A stretch of 64,000 bases of DNA. Origin: Octopus sinensis (taxonomy: Eukaryota). Position 1 is the first letter of the stretch. Each line of letters opens with the position of its first letter. Positions 61,609-64,000 of the stretch are shown piece by piece. The stretch lies in assembly GCF_006345805.1 (NCBI RefSeq), contig NC_043011.1, forward strand, positions 5,022,001-5,086,000, read 5' to 3'. The translations under genes were made by a program, and so were the position numbers. Below the pieces are notes generated by a model. It saw only the letters and a list, made by a program, of their open reading frames with translations. It was not told the DNA's origin and searched no databases.

Positions 61609-61671
<63 letters not shown>

Positions 61672-61880
61672 TTCATTTTAACTATAGGCACAATACCTGA
61701 AATTTGGAGAGCGGGGTAAGTCGATTACAGTGATCCCAGCACTTAACTGGTATTTATTTAATCGAACCTGAAAGGATGAAAGGCAAAACAGACCTCGGTG
61801 AGAATTGAACTTAGAACGTTACGAGTCGTGACTAGATACTACTATGCATTTTGTTAGGCGTTTTAACGATTCTTCCTATG
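61240..61880 (-). mobile_element. Three SINE B/B' copies separated by (AAT)n
   Basis: Repeated GAAAGGCAAAGTCGACCTCGG.GGAATTTGAACTCAGAACG blocks at ~61260, ~61490 and ~61780. Confidence 0.85.
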
Positions 61881-62644
61881 CCCCACATCTTTTGCATATT
61901 TTTTTTTAACGTAGCTACATTTGCATACTCCGAGAGGATATAGGTCACTTCGTAATATTGAGGTCAATGGTAGTTAATATATAAACATTTTCTAGAGAAA
62001 TATGATCCTACCACGCCTACGTAACAGCCAAACTTGATCAATCAACCTCATTATACATTTTAAAAATAATTTATCTCTTGTAACTTCGACTCAAAGCACC
62101 GGAACCCTAACCTTATCGAACAACACCGCTGCTAACATCATCAGTCATTTTTAAAATAGGCCTAAGTGGTATGCTGTAGTCGATTAGTAAATGATAAGAA
62201 GAAATTTTAAAAAGACCCCGAGGAATTTATGCAGTAGAGTTGCATAAGTGTATATGTCATAGGAGGACAGAGAAATCCTAGTATTTTGGGTTAAACATTT
62301 TGTCTGAATGAAAAAAAAAAACCCATTAAATTTAATATTAGCACTTTCCTGCTATTTATTTTATGAAAGCAACAAATTGTATTCGTAGAGTTGCTAAAAC
62401 ATGGGTAAAATACGTTGTTTCACCTTTGTTTTGCCTTCTGCACTCTGTGTTCAAATTCCACTGTGCTTAACTTTGCCTTTCATTATCCAAGAGTTTAATA
62501 AATAATGTACAGACTCGTGATTACACTGTGTAACACGACTTTTGTCCTTGGGTAGCAAACGTTTTTTTCTGTTTGCTTACCCCTAGAAAGTATGAAAAAT
62601 GGATAATATTTCCTCCAATCTTTGCTTTTGTTACATTTATTCAA

Positions 62645-62772
62645 ATACCAGAGAATCCTTCTCAACACATGGCTATGACGCTCCCCAACTACTTCTGCTC
62701 GTGATCAGAGGTGCATATGTGTCAAGCAACTGACAAGCAAATCTCTGGTATTGAGCAGAATATTTGCTGTAA
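62645..62772 (-). mobile_element. Family D internal fragment
   Basis: CTCAACACATGGCTATGA...GCAACTGACAAGCAAATCT.TGGTATTGAGCAGAATATTTGCTGTA. Confidence 0.7.
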
Positions 62773-62959
62773 CGATATTCCTATTTCAGCAACACAATGT
62801 TGAATCTGTCTGAAATGTAATGACAAATAGGTCAGTTTCAAAACATTGATGTCCAGGTCACAAAACAAAATTTGAAAGGGAAAGGTAGTCATTTCCTTTG
62901 ATTTCTAGATAGAAGCTAATAGGCAATAACACTTACTGACCAATGACAAAGAAATAAAC

Positions 62960-63300
62960 AAATAAACAAAAATTTTGTTACATAGTGCTATGAGTGGTAG
63001 AAATGTCAAAGTTTCGGATTAGATCTTTGCGGTATATGTTCCGGCTTTTAGCACATTGGTGAAAATTCAAGAAAATGGACCAAATATTTTTGTGAAAAAT
63101 CATGTTGAAATTATGTCTTTCAATGGATGTTGCTGCCGCATCTGACAAAAACACAGCTCTGAAAATGTTTGAGAAATATAAGGAATATAAGGAATTGGAG
63201 AAAGAAATTAGAAGAATGTGGCATCTTGACGACACTAGGAACAAGCTGTATCACGCCTTGCTGTTCTCATTGACAACACCAGTAACATTGACTGAGTAAC
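62960..63300 (+). mobile_element. R4/Dong-type restriction-like endonuclease fragment
   Basis: C.SMDVAAASDKN...EKYKEYKELEKEIRRMW. Confidence 0.65.
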
Positions 63301-64000
63301 TGCCGATATTTTGTAACAAACCATATCCAGGCATGTATATAGAGAAAAAAACTTCCAATATAAAGATCCATGGTATACCGACTCCTACAAAGGCCTCGAT
63401 TTTATTGATCCTTGGAAAGATAAAAGGCAAAAACCAACTTCAGAAGGAATAAAGTTCAAAACGTAAAACATCACATCTAAATACCAGAAAGCATTTCGTC
63501 CAACAGTCTACCGATTCTATTCCACCGCTGCCTTGACCATTCTTAAATATTAAGTTACTTTTAAGAACTGTACAGTCTTCGACGATTTTTCTGAATAAGT
63601 TATTACTAATGACTAAAAGTTAAGAGTAAATATTCTATTTGAATTTGCTTCAGAATTAAGAGGAAACTAGTTTTTGTTTTAGTTCTTTATTTCCCAATAG
63701 AAGTATACCATTTGGATTCGACCCTACGTTTGACCACATGGAAATTACAAGTTGATCATGTGTGCAAACACAGCTTCCTTCCAATCAACGACTTTTATTC
63801 ACATGATAGTCTGGCAGCATGACCAGGACTTCCTGTTAACAGAGCCTACAAATACAGCTCATTTTAGTGCAAAAAGGACAAAGTGAATTCGGTCTTTGGT
63901 GGAGTTTCCTCTCGACTCATAACTGTTTACACAGCTACATATTCGACCTTACACAATAGATGAAGAAACATACCGTGGCAACATGGCAACAGGAATATGC

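Overview
AT-rich, microsatellite-dense animal genomic DNA with one 100-N scaffold gap (59627-59726). The SINE families and the R4/RTE/Penelope repertoire resemble what I recall from octopod cephalopods; this taxon is an inference and was not searched. The only convincing cellular gene is an intronless class A (rhodopsin-like) GPCR at 18993-20081 (-). Almost everything else is transposable-element derived: tRNA-derived SINEs (called A, B/B', C, E here), many R4/Dong-type non-LTR fragments tied to (TAA)n tracts, a decayed Tx1/L1 element, an RTE LINE, Penelope-like (GIY-YIG) fragments, a short two-LTR element with a tRNA-Trp PBS, a solo LTR, mariner/Tc1 remnants, a hAT MITE and Helitron-like elements. 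Main highlights: (1) two TSD-bounded ~1.7-2 kb retroelements that encode only a Tx1/L1-type ORF1 and no RT (HAL1-like); one has an empty-site paralog in the window and the other is one base away from an intact ORF; (2) several minimal hammerhead ribozyme motifs tied to Penelope-like sequence, one of them complete; (3) an LTR pair identical for ~500 bp but divergent only in the U5 part; (4) a duplicated E2F/E-box/CCAAT/TATA promoter-like module; (5) a ~550-bp non-coding element that sits in or against (TAA)n in its intact-ended copies. All alignments and folds were done by eye, so coordinates of decayed elements are approximate.
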